64,000 nt of DNA from Pseudovirgaria hyperparasitica. Lineage: Eukaryota. The translations under genes and the position numbers were made by a program. The first letter of the stretch is position 1, and every line of letters begins with the position of its first letter. The notes beneath the pieces are model-generated. The model was not told the origin of the DNA and searched no databases. It worked only from the letters and a program-made list of their open reading frames with translations. Positions 35,935 to 47,875 of this stretch are shown here, piece by piece. The stretch lies in NCBI GenBank assembly GCA_010093815.1, contig ML996574.1. The stretch is one strand, 5' to 3'.

Positions 35935-37263
35935 ATGCCACAGAAGCTCAAGCTAGCCACGGCTCAATGCTATACCAGGTCCGATACCACGGAAACGCTT
36001 GCAGATCTTGAGAAAACTACGCAGACGGCAGCACAGTCTGGAGTTGATTTGATACTATTTCCCGAGGCATATCTAGGAGGCTATCCACGGACCTGTAGCT
36101 TTGGAGCGTCAGTCGGTGCACGCGATCCTAATGGCCGTGAGCAGTTTCTGCAATACTTTCACTCGGCCGTTGATCTCGGCGACACGCCATTGGGAGCTGG
36201 CGAAGACTGGGTCCTACGAAAGCTTCCGCTAGCAAAAGGCTCAAAGTTCAGAGGAGATGGGACCAGAGAAGAGCTGGAAAAAATCGCGAAGAGGACAGGA
36301 GTGTTCGTCGTCACCGGCCTGGTGGAAAAAGCGGCTGGGAGCCTTTACTGCGCCGTTGTTTACGTTTGTCCACGCGAAGGAGTATTGGGGAAAAGAAGAA
36401 AGGTGATGCCGACTGGTACTGAACGATTAATATGGGCACAGGGTAGCCCCAGCACTCTGAAAGCTGTCACTACAGTCATCCATGGCGTAAAGCTTACCCT
36501 AGCAGCTGCAATATGCTGGGAGAACTACATGCCCCTCCTCAGGCAAAGTCTTTATTCGCAAAATGTCAATCTCTATCTTGCACCAACTGCAGACGCTCGG
36601 GATAGTTGGCTATCGCTGATGCGAACTGTTGGATGTGAATCTAGAGCCTTTGTTTTGAGCTCGAATCAATGTGTACGTCGCAGGCACTTGCCTTCCTGGG
36701 TTACAGGGGAGAGCAATGAAAAGGAAGACGGCAAGCATATCGAGTCGACTTCTATTCAAGGTTCACAGCCACGCATTCGTCGTAAATCTATGATCACAGC
36801 TGAGGGCAGCCATGAGGTCTGCTGGCCGGTTCCAGAGGAGCCAACAGAGTCAGCCGATGGAGAGAGTTGGTCTACTATAGGTGCCAAATCTGCTGCGGCC
36901 GCAAACGATAGCGCAACAGGTTCCCGACAGCGCCGCAAGTCATTTATCTCTGAAACGCAAGAACGGCATGAGATTTGCTGGCCAGTCCCTGATGGTACCA
37001 GCATACCTTCCGCAACGTTCACAGGCGAGTCCTCTGATGGTGATGACTTCGTTTCAAGGGGCGGTTCCTGCATCATATCTCCTCTTGGTGAAGTGCTCGC
37101 TGGACCACAATGGGAAGTTGAGGATGCCGGTCTGCTTATCGTCGAGGCGGATTTCGAAGATTGTGAAAGGGGCCGCCTTGATCTGGATGTAGCGGGACAC
37201 TACTCACGCAATGATGCCTTCAAGTTACACGTCGAGGGGTTGGACTTGAACCCACCACCGTAA
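35935..37263 (+). CDS. Nitrilase (carbon-nitrogen hydrolase, Nit1-like), 442 aa
   Basis: Catalytic Glu-Lys-Cys triad in FPEAYLGGYP, RRKVMPTGTER and ICWENYMPL; C-terminal GGSCII.P.G and LDVAGHYSR. Confidence 0.92.
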   Translation: MPQKLKLATAQCYTRSDTTETLADLEKTTQTAAQSGVDLILFPEAYLGGYPRTCSFGASVGARDPNGREQFLQYFHSAVDLGDTPLGAGEDWVLRKLPLAKGSKFRGDGTREELEKIAKRTGVFVVTGLVEKAAGSLYCAVVYVCPREGVLGKRRKVMPTGTERLIWAQGSPSTLKAVTTVIHGVKLTLAAAICWENYMPLLRQSLYSQNVNLYLAPTADARDSWLSLMRTVGCESRAFVLSSNQCVRRRHLPSWVTGESNEKEDGKHIESTSIQGSQPRIRRKSMITAEGSHEVCWPVPEEPTESADGESWSTIGAKSAAAANDSATGSRQRRKSFISETQERHEICWPVPDGTSIPSATFTGESSDGDDFVSRGGSCIISPLGEVLAGPQWEVEDAGLLIVEADFEDCERGRLDLDVAGHYSRNDAFKLHVEGLDLNPPP

Positions 37264-37619
37264 GAAACAGCACGACAATTTCCCTTGTTCTACTCTTTCA
37301 AACAGTGTTCACAGCATCCCATTCGCTAAATTATAGCGGGAGTTCCCGTGCACCTTCGTACTGTTTACCAAAAGCTTCGCTGTTCTATCAAAGGACACCC
37401 TGTCGTTATCAATAGAAACTCTTTTTGCCACCTTATTTTACAGTGATGACATCGGGTCCCTTGTTTCAGTCTTTCGAAATCTCATTTCCATGCTGTCTTG
37501 AAATTTGCCAACCCCAATCAGAATTTCGTCTGCAGACATCTCAACGAACTACTAGGCAAAATAGTACTTCTTCCATCAGTCATAAACTTTTCTTTGACTT
37601 TCTATCTCACTTATATGAT

Positions 37620-39142
37620 ATGGAGCGCCCACCCCGAGCCAAGCGCCAGCCTGTACGACTTATTGAGCAGATTGATCTGACTGCTACCGGCGTGGTTGCA
37701 GGACTGAACCCCAAGCAGATGTCAAATGATCAAACCAAGACCAAGCATGTGACTTCCAAGTCTAAAAAGGCGCCTGATTCTTTCCAGATGGCAAAAAAGC
37801 CAACCCAAGCGGCTGCTGCAACGAAGCAGGCTACTGATGCACGATCTAGAACCAAGGCACATGAGAAGAAGAGTCATGTCAACCCTCATTCGCCAATGTA
37901 CAGAGCTGTATCTTCTCTTGAAAAACGGACTGGACCAGAGACTGCACTACTCCAGAGTAGAGAGTCTGCTCGTAAAGATAAGTTGGAGAACCGGCCAATT
38001 CTTCCAAGAAGCCAACAAATTTAGTACCAAGGACGCTCAAACAGTATTCTTCCTCATCTCGCATCCTTAATCCCCACAGCCAAAACATCGAGGAGGTGCC
38101 CGCACCCAATACCAGCACCAAATCTAAGTTGGGGAAAAGACCAAGAGTAAATTTCTTGTCAGACACTGATGACGAAGATGATGAAGCCTTGGACGGACTC
38201 GCACAAGCCATAGCAAAGAAAACAAAGACTTCACATGCCAATCCCCTGGTTCCACGCTCCAAAGCTATGTCAACTTATAAGGGTACTGGAGTCAAGAAGA
38301 ACAGCGTCCACAAAGGGGACAAATCACTCAAACACGCCAGAGCAGAACGGACTGTACCAAAATCTGGACCTCGTTCTACCCACTGTGGCTCCACTACAGA
38401 CGTCTCCTCGCCAGGGTACATCCGTGAATCGCACAACCCTCCACCAGACAACAAACTTGACGAATACACTCGACTCTCACGCGGTCACAGCCCAGACACT
38501 AATGTGTCTACCTCCTCTGATGATACCAGAAATCAGAGGCGATTGTCCGCACCGACCATTCACGCGTTGAACAAGAAATCCCACAGCCGTGTTATCAGCA
38601 CCACATCCAACATACCTGAATCCCAGTTATGCAAGTCACCCACAGTTCAAGATGCCCAGGCCGATCTCGTCAGAAGCGAATTCCGCAGCTACCTCGACGG
38701 ACGACCAGCAGGCCGGACCATGGAGAGCTACATGAGATCGATGGTCCGCAGGCACTTATTCGACCGCATCTATGAGATAATCGAGGATATCGTGCGTGAA
38801 CATCTACATGACCGGATTGAGAAGATCATCGACGAAGAGCAGTTGATACCGAAGATGGTGAAAGAGTATGAGGCTCAGATTGGACGACAGCAGCGTGAGA
38901 AGGATGAAGAGGAAGCGAAGATTAAGAAGGCGGACAGATCAAGGGAGAAGTTTGATCAGGCGGCGGGTTTGAAGGCTCAGTCGGAGGCCCAGAAGCCAAA
39001 GAGAAAAGTCAAGCCGAACTTCGCAAAGGGAAGGGGCATTAAGACAGCCCCTGTTCCGGAGACGAAGAGGGCTCAAAGAGATGCAACGGTGCCGAAGAAG
39101 GCGCCGAGCAGGTTCTGGACGTATGAACTGAGGGTAGACTAG
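37620..39142 (+). CDS. Hypothetical Lys/Ser-rich protein with C-terminal coiled-coil, ~488 aa
   Basis: Two adjacent ORFs joined either by a 56-nt intron 38024-38079 (weak GTACCA donor, CTTAAT, CAG) or by a frameshift near 38003. No family recognised. Confidence 0.55.
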
Positions 39143-40686
39143 ATGTCGGAGGACTACGAGTGGGATGTTGGTGTAAGATAATCGGAAATAAGAGTATGCA
39201 GGATAGGGAGAAAATACTTGAAGAGACCAAATATTCAATATGGGTGTTCTCAAAGCATGTGATGCGAATTGCAGGGCTCTGTTATGACGAGAATTTCAAC
39301 ATCGTAGCATGGATAATGTAAGTGCAAGACGCTTCGGATATTACAATTCTTCTTCCTTTAGTTCGTGATCAACATTGTACCAAGACCACTATTTAGCAGT
39401 TCCTACGTCGAGAGGATGCCTGTATATGTATACAAACCCTAGCAACAGATGGTTTCACCTCCTTACCTTGACATAATATTAGAAGCAAACTGCTTTTTCA
39501 TCATACCGTATCCTTTGTCCAAGCAGGATCTTAGACCTACTTTGCCAGTTCATGAGTTCCTCTGCAAAAAAGTGACAACAATGTCTACCATAAACGTAGT
39601 TTTTGAGGGCTACATCGTCACTTAGAGTCAATTCCTCGCATACGCAGTAGAGAATAACCAAGTTTCCACAGCCTCAGCAAGTGCAATTTCCGCTGTCCGG
39701 CCTCTCGATACTCAGTTCTGTACTGCCCTGGCGCCTCATCTCGTTATATCAATCCCAACTACTCCTGAACCAACCCTTTCCAAGTCTTCCACAATGTTCT
39801 TCCATCTGGCAGTTACGCAGTTTCCAGCCCTTTCGAAAACCAAAAATGTTATTACCAAATGCTAGTCCGCTACTTCGCCATATCATCAATATTTTCACAT
39901 AGCCAACTACGAAATTCTGATGCCATCACGAACTCATCCATCGCGGATCTATACGATATGACAAATGATGTTTTCTCTGCTCTTAGTAAGATTGGCTGGT
40001 GTATGCTGACGGAGGTCTCGGGATTGAATAAGCTTCGTGCAGATCTGCCAAGACAAAGCTTACTGGTTCTCTACGCAAACCAGCTTCAGCTCCAGGGTCC
40101 CACATGAATGCACGGGAGCTGGTCCCGATTACGGGTCTAACTCCTGATTGTACGGATCTGCATCGTAAGGCTGGTGGGGCCTTGCGCGGCCTTGGTAGTC
40201 TCAAGCTATATATCAAGGGTTGAGGGATGAAGGGAGAGGGTAAAGTTTGAAGGAGAGAAGGCCTCAAGCGGTCGTGCAGGGCCAAAAGCTCCTGGTAATA
40301 CGACACGTCCAATTAAACACCCAAGGAGCAGTTCCACAACTCCCCGAGACGACGGCACGCGACCAGCATTCTTGACGTCGGTGGATACCCCACGGCCGGA
40401 TCCGCTGGGGGCCCTGGGGCCGCGCACACGGCAGGCTTATCTCGGACTAACACGACTCGACACATATCACTGTCCCGTTATAGCTGATGTCCGGGGTCCA
40501 TTTGATACCCGGTTTTCTCCTCGAGGTTTTCAAAAACGCTTGCTGGCTCTCTTGCGGGACGGCGTCTGTTCCTTGGCCACCGTTCATCCCTCGACGATCT
40601 CCGACTAGGACAACGTCCATCAATTCATTCACCGTTCACTGACTGGACATAGAAGGTCGTGAGTATCGTCACAGCCGGGGCTCACT

Positions 40687-42478
40687 ATGGCCACGAATGC
40701 TGCTCATGATGATGAGACGCTGGCGCAGCTCGGGCATAAAGCTGAGTTGAAGCGTTCATTCTCGCCGTTGGCTATGCTGGGACTTGCGTTTGCCATTCTG
40801 AACAGCTGGACTGCGCTGAGTGCATCGCTGAGCTTGGCATTGCCCAGTGGAGGGAGTACAAGTGTGATATGGGGACTGGTTACAGCGGGCATATGTAATC
40901 TATGTCTGGCGGCGAGTCTGGCAGAGTTCTTGAGCGCGTATCCTACTGCGGGAGGACAGTATGTGAATTTTGTTTTGCCTATAATCATGCTGCTATAAAG
41001 TGCAGTTTGAAGGATTGAGAGTGGAAAACGTGTGTACGTAAAGCTAATGTCATTACAGATACCACTGGGTTGCTGTGATATCCTGGAAGAAATGGGTGCC
41101 ACTCCTCTCTTGGATTACTGGCTGGATCAATGTCTCTGGCTGGATCGCTCTCGTTGCATCCGGCGGGCTTCTAGGTTCCCAACTCATCATAGGAATCATC
41201 TCGCTCTACTCTCCATCCTACGAGCCTCAACGGTGGCATCAGTTCCTGATATACATCGGCTACAACATCGCTGCGTTCCTCATCAACGCCTTTGCAAACT
41301 CCTCCCTCCCCTACGTCAACAAAGCAGCCATAACCTGGTCCATCACCGGCTTCGTCGTCATCTGCATCACCGTCCTCTCCACCGCATCCCCAAACTTCTC
41401 CTCCGGCGCCTTCGTCTACCGCCTCTTCATCAACGAAACAGGCTGGCCCGACGGCATCGCCTGGCTCCTCGGCCTCCTCCAAGGCGGCCTCGGCCTCACA
41501 GGCTTCGACGCCGTCGCCCACATGATCGAGGAGATCCCAAACCCCTCCACCGAAGGCCCCAAGATCATGATCGCCTGCGTCGCCATCGGCCTCTTCACCG
41601 GCTTCATCTTCCTCAGCGTCCTCCTCTTCGTCGCCGGCGCCGACGCCCACACAATCATCTCCTCTGCCGCCGGTCCTCTCGGCCAGATCCTCTTCAACGC
41701 TACCCGCAGCAGACCCGCCACCGTGTGTCTGCTCATGTTCCCCTTGATCTGCCTGCTCTTCGCCACGACAAGCATCATGACTACAAGCAGCCGCATGACA
41801 TACGCCTTTGCCCGCGACCGCGGCCTGCCCGCCAGCCGCGTCTTCGCGCGCGTGCACCCGGTGCTCGGACTGCCCCTGAACGCCCTCATCCTGACCACCG
41901 CCCTCGTCGTCGTGTTCGGCTGCATCTTCCTCGGCAGCAACAGCGCGTTCAACGCCATCATCAGCGCCAGCGTCGTCGCGCTCGGCGTCAGCTACGCCAT
42001 CCCCATAGCCATCAACTGTCTGCGCGGCCGCGCCATGCTGCCCCAGCGCAAATTCGTGTTGCCGGCGTGGTTTGCGTGGTTTGCGAATCTGGTGAGTCTT
42101 GCTGTTTCTTACCCGTTTTGTTTTTGTCTTTTGGCCTTTTGCCCCTTTTATTAGGTAGGTGTGTTGCTCTGCTGATAACGGCCGCAGCTGGGCATCTCGT
42201 ATGTACTCCTCACGACCGTGCTCTTCCTCTTTCCGCCCGAGCTCCCTGTCGACGCAAGCAGCATGAACTACTGCGTCGTGGCGTTTGGCATTGTGCTCAT
42301 CATCAGTACTGTGCAGTGGTTCGTGGATGGTCGCAAGAACTACACTGGCCCGCGCATGGACGACGGGATCGAGGTGTTGGAGGCGGTGGCGAGTCAGCCG
42401 GCAACCATGGGAACTTCAGGGAACGGGAGACTAGATGCAGAGGACAGTCTTGGGAAGGAGAGCGCAGAGACGGCGTAG
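40687..42478 (+). CDS. APC-family amino acid/choline/GABA permease, ~531 aa, 3 exons
   Basis: Exons 40687-40958, 41059-42091, 42188-42478. Motifs LAEFLSAYPTAGGQYHW, GFDAVAHMIEEIPNP, SSRMTYAFARDRGLP, MNY; about 12 hydrophobic segments. Confidence 0.92.
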
Positions 42479-42978
42479 TGGGTGGTGTGCGTTGGAGAAA
42501 GGCGAAAAAGAGCAATATAAGGTGTAATTTGGTGCCAAACCGTCTGAGTTGTGTTAGCGACTACCATGGAAGTCATCATAGACGTGTCTTGAATTAAGGG
42601 TAAGAATGTTGCCCTTTTACCTCTAACCCAGAGTCTAAAGGCCGTGACGTAAAGCATAGAAAGATGGAAAAAGCCGGACCATGAGCCCAAATTCGATATG
42701 ATATAGTGTGTACATAGTAGTCGATGGCATACCAAGCCACTCGACTCCATACCTACGCCTGATCTTATTCATTCTATTCAGATACCCTACTATGGAACCG
42801 AACTGTTACATACTCATCTAGATGCTCCAGACACCCTGCCACCGAAACGCTTCATGAACCAGCCACTGAAGCCCGAAAAAAATCGCCAACTCTCCTTCTT
42901 TCCAAGGAGGGATGCAAAGTAATGATAAGAAAAGAGAAGAGATCCTACAAAGTCATCAAGACGAGCTTCTAAAGCACG

Positions 42979-45417
42979 TCAGAGCGCGCCCAAAAATGAG
43001 TTCCCCATTTCCCAGGAAATATACTCGTTCGCTCCTGCCGGTGGCACCCAGCCGCCAGAAATGCCCCCTTGGGTGCTGTATGTGTAGTTTCCAAGGGTTT
43101 GAAACACGGGTGCAGTCGTTGTGGGAATGCTGTATTGCAATGCTGACATATGCTGCATCCGCGGATCATCTTCTGGGTGAGGCGGATGATTTTGGACTGC
43201 CTGGACCGGGTTATACGGCATGCGGTCATATGTGTGTCGTTGGGCATGGTCAAGCTGCTGCTGCTGATGGTGCTGATGATTATGTTGTTGTTGCTGCTGC
43301 TGCTGCTGTTGTTGTCTTTGTACAGCAGACATTGCCTCTTCGTGTTGTGCTACAGCGTGGAGGTATTGTGCTTTGATGGAGTCCATGATGCGTAATAAAT
43401 GCTGCCACCAGAATACATGTGCGCCGGTGGGAGTGCTGACTTTGTTAACCTCTTCGAGTTTGGTGGTTATCAGATCCAGATAGCGCTCGAGTCTGATGAT
43501 GTTTCTGGTGGTGCCAATGTTATATGAGGGTGAATGGTGACAAGTTGCCACTTTGCTGGCTAGGATAATGACGTATATGGCACCGCACCACTGGGTAGTG
43601 GTGAAGTCTACCAATGCTGAGGGCGGTGTTGCCAGGATGTGATCTAGACTTTCGCCACAATACTTTAGGCATTCTGAAAGCATCCGGGCGCGATTGATGG
43701 AGAGCTCGTGAAGTTTTGACGGAAAGTGAACGGCTATCTCCCGAGCGTAAGCCTGGAAGAGGTAGTACTCGAAAGTGAGTTTTGCTATAACTGATCAGCA
43801 TCATAACTTTCGCATGAACCATAGCAATTCGAACGTACGGACGCCAGTTTTGGGATCTGGAGGTAGAAAACTTTTCCACTGGTCTAGCCGAGTCATCAGT
43901 GAGGCAGTGTATAGCTCCAAGTTCTCATCGCTTAGGATAGGACTCTGGTACTGGTCATAGTAGCCGTATTCCTCTGCGACAGTTGACAACATCCTTACAA
44001 TCTCGAGGCGCATGACGATCTCTGGGTCGGTACGAGCATGTTTTTCGTCGGCTAACGACTGAGCACACGTACTGTAGTATGCTGAATAATTCATGAGAGG
44101 GGCTTTTCTTCGTAGCACAGCCCACCTGAAGAAAATAAGCAACCGAGCGTACTATCACAGTGGCCTCACGTGCTACTCACGTTGCTGTCAGATTGTACAA
44201 TCCCAACACAATCCGTCGAGCTTCAGGAGACCAAAGTTCATTATTTTGGGGTGCGAGAGCCGGCTGCTTCGCCCAATGAGTCTCGACATTCATCTCCTGC
44301 GCCTCCGTGACTTGAGGTTTCCGGTTCAGACCAAGGTCAAGACACATTCCTACCGCTATCGATGCTAATCGGTACAGACTTTGACGGTCAGGCTTTACAT
44401 GCCAATGACACCTATATAAGGTCAAAGGAATGTATAATAGCTGTAGCTGAGTACATACCACGACAAATAGACCATCAAACTCTGAAGAGCATCGAAGCTC
44501 TTTTGTCCGTCCACGACTGCATGAACAGTAAGTGTGTACAAGTACTCTCGCTCCAGAGGATCTTGGGATGGTGATGTCGAGCACGTAGCAGCAACAAACA
44601 TTGATCGTAATAACAGAGGACTCGTTTCTCGAAGCTCGGCGAGTGTTACATTAGGGGGTAGCAGGACGTACGGGAATCGCACCGACATATCTTTGTACTT
44701 GTCAAGCAATTTCAGAGCCGCCTGCTCCGAGAGAAGAAGCTTGTCGATCATGTCGGGCCTACATGAGGGAGTGGTAGGGGCCGGATACGGATGATCTCGA
44801 ACAGGGGGCAGTGGTGGATTAGCAGAGCCATGGATCTGCCTACTTGGAGCCGGTTCATCTCCATCATGTTTCGCATTCGCGGCTTGGGCGTTCGCTAGCA
44901 AAGTCATGATGCCTTCCATGTTCTGCTCCAAAGCTCCCACGCGACTATTGAGTACTGCATCATGAAAGGCATTAGCTTGAAACGAGGACTGCATATTACA
45001 GCCGATGCTGTGGTTAAGCAGTCTTTCATAGGAAGAAACCACTGGCATGGACAATCCAACTTACGGCGTCGCTTCTTCGGCCTCTCCGTGGTTTCTGGAA
45101 AGACACACTCTTCATTTGATCTCACACATCTGAGTAAACAACCGTTAGCGCACGAAACACGGCGAAAGTGAATCGACGTGATACGCCTGGCGTACCGTGC
45201 CGCATGTACAACGACCGGTAGTGACTGGTGGAGCTTACCGTTGGCAACGATTCGATTCTTCAGAACTCGGTCTGCAACTCATCTTTTTGCGTCTGCATCG
45301 TACGCACGCCTTATCGACGCGAGTGGGTGGCCCACTGGCCGGATTCGCTGCCATCCCAGCAGCGTCTACATTATTGGCGGACTGCCCAGAAGCAGAGGCT
45401 GGGGCGCTGCCATCCAT
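42979..45417 (-). CDS. Zn(II)2Cys6 fungal transcription factor, ~687 aa, 6 exons, C-terminal poly-Gln
   Basis: KACVRCRRKKMSC...RCQRCVRSNEEC cluster split by an intron. Exons about 45417-45239, 45129-45065, 44954-44459, 44411-44181, 44125-43839, 43784-42979 (last acceptor could be 43790). Middle-homology motifs LDLGL and EARR. Confidence 0.88.
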
Positions 45418-45966
45418 TTCACGTGGCTTCTTGACGTAACGGACGGACATCCGGATCACGGGCCGAGCATCTCGCGACGGCCGGACATCAGCAATATCGG
45501 ACGTCTAGGGCGGCGCGCGGGATAAACATGGACGAGCGAAATGATTGTTGGAAGTTTGCTGGAAAGTTACGGATGCCGGAGCTTTCAAGGCTTAGATGCA
45601 ACCGTAGCGTGGGGCTCCTTTTGTGGAATCTTTTTTTTGGGTCCGACGCGCCCGCGCTGGTCTAGTATCAATACCCATGTCCTAATTTGCCAGCTATATC
45701 CGAATGCTATATACCTGACCACGTCACTTTTGCCTTCCTGCTACTGTATCGCAGTAGACATGGGCTGACCGCGCTTATTATGCTCGCTTGCACCTATCAG
45801 AGCTGCATGATCTGTCGTCATATAACTCACGTGATCTCAGTTTATTTGCGTCTGTTGTCTATTCGTTTCATGGGCTCGCACTGAATCTAAGTGCTGGTAC
45901 AGTACTAATACATGATTGAAATCTGCATGTACACTACATATACATTCATTCAAGAGTTGAGACGGA

Positions 45967-47543
45967 TCAATCCTTCATAGTGGTCTCATATCTTTTGCCC
46001 CGGAATGCCCACACGCCCCAATTCCCACAACTAATATCTTGCGGATCCAAATCGTTGATATCCCACCTCAGACTCCTGAACCGGTTCTCACCAGGTTCGA
46101 GAAGGATGTCCATCTCATTCCCACATTTCGATTTAATCCATGTCAGATCTCGCTCCATGTCCCACGCAGTGTAGCCAGTGACGATTATAGGAACCTTGGT
46201 AGCTAAGAGCTGAGGTATTGTGTCTTCCCATTCATGCGAGCTAGCTGGATGCCCTATGCCTGGATGGAACAGCATAAAACAATCAAAGTATGGATCGTAT
46301 GGATAGAAGTGGTTGGCTTCGTGTAATGTGTGGTAGTAATCAACATATGTCGAGAATTTCATGTCCTGAGAGACACGATCCTCGATTATAGCGCCAAATG
46401 GATTGTGGGGTGTACGATCCGGTAAGGGATATTCGGCATCGCGGTTGGCCATTGCCTCCGGGCCAATGAAGATGATGTGAAAGGTGACGCGCGGAAATAG
46501 GTATGCAAGTTGCACCCAGGTATCGCGAGGGAGTGACGACTCTGCTCTTGCACCCAGAACGAATATGCGGACGGGTGGAGGTTTTGGTCGGATACCTTTG
46601 ATACCCGGACCGCTGCCGTCCCGGGGCGGATGAAGAGTATAACGCAACGCTAGACCTTGATTAGTTCCTCTTTCCTAACAATGTGAGATTGTAGCATACC
46701 GCTAAAGCTCTTCAGCCCTTCTGGAGTCAGTCTACCTCCTTTCCTTATGTTATAGGGACTGAATTCATGCAGGACACTACCAATTGTGACTGGGTATGTT
46801 AATAATTTGGTGGTCTGTCGCATTGATCGCATGTCATCGATAGCCTTGAAATCCCTAGTGTAAAGCATCGTGTCCCAACTAGTCAGATTGACTAACTGTT
46901 CTTCCATCGTCGGACCGGGGTACTCGAACTCAGGGAAGTACCTCTCCGATCGTAAGTCATGATCATCCTCGTTGATCTCCCTCAGTGTATCGCAGATGTC
47001 CAAATGTTTTTCATATTCATCAATAAAGTGCTCTTCACAACAGGCAATGGGGATGCCACAATCTGGACACTCGTATCGGACGTGAGCTGGAAGAGCTCCA
47101 CCCGATCGCGGCTTTGAGGCTTCCGGGTCACCAGGATTCTCCGCCATTCTAGTTGCGTTGTGGCTTGAGTGAGGACAGTATGCATGCTGCTTCATAAATG
47201 CCGCTCGGCGTCGGATATCGGGAGATGGAGAGCTCGAGAATGGGTGGAATAAATTGTCTGGGCGAAGTAGCGGGTTCATCTGTGGTCTGCGCTCCGGTGG
47301 CAGCTTGGAAGGAAAAGTTTCAACTTGAGCACTGGTAAAGCTGGTATTGGCATGGCCGGTGTATATGCCATCATTGGAAGTACTGGACGATGTCTTGAAG
47401 CCACGAATACCTATAGAGCGCGTGTCACCCTTTGACACTGATCGAGTGGAGGACTTGCGGATCGGATTAGAAAGACCGCGAGAGCTCTGCGCAGATACCC
47501 GGAGCCGTACGAGACAGCGCGAGCAAGTGTAAGGCACGCTCAT
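45967..47543 (-). CDS. MSS51: Mitochondrial COX1 translational activator/assembly factor Mss51, ~508 aa, 2 exons
   Basis: Mitochondrial-type presequence, NLFHPFS.SP, CPDCGIP, LREINEDDHDLRS, LTYPVTIGSVLHE.SPY, LGARAESSLP, FHPGIG. Exons 47543-46700 and 46649-45967. Confidence 0.92.
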
Positions 47544-47875
47544 GACCCTTGAAGATGCAACAGTGAAGGCAAACCTTCAGCGCAATTGGGTCGATAGCAC
47601 GGTGGTTGACAGAAAATGAGCCTGGAATAAACGCGACGCGGCCCATCATTCTGCCGTGCCGGTGGAGCTCGGACCACCTGTGCGAAAACTTAAGGGTTTA
47701 TCGTACCTCAGGAAACCAAAACAACAGCTTTCTTTGTGCTTTCTCATCTTTTTCCATCTCTCCGTCATATGTTTGAGCCAGGCGTACGGTTGGGCTTGGG
47801 CTAAATTCCCACTCTTTCTTTGTTGACATTCTCCGGTTCAAGATCTTTCGCGACGCGTAGCTCACGGAATTCACA

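Noticed and set aside
39300..40350. Short ORFs between the orphan gene and the permease
   Set aside because: No recognisable motif or coherent exon structure.
41032..42597. 521-aa Arg/Pro/His-rich ORF overlapping the permease
   Set aside because: Alternative frame of C-ending codons of the real permease CDS.
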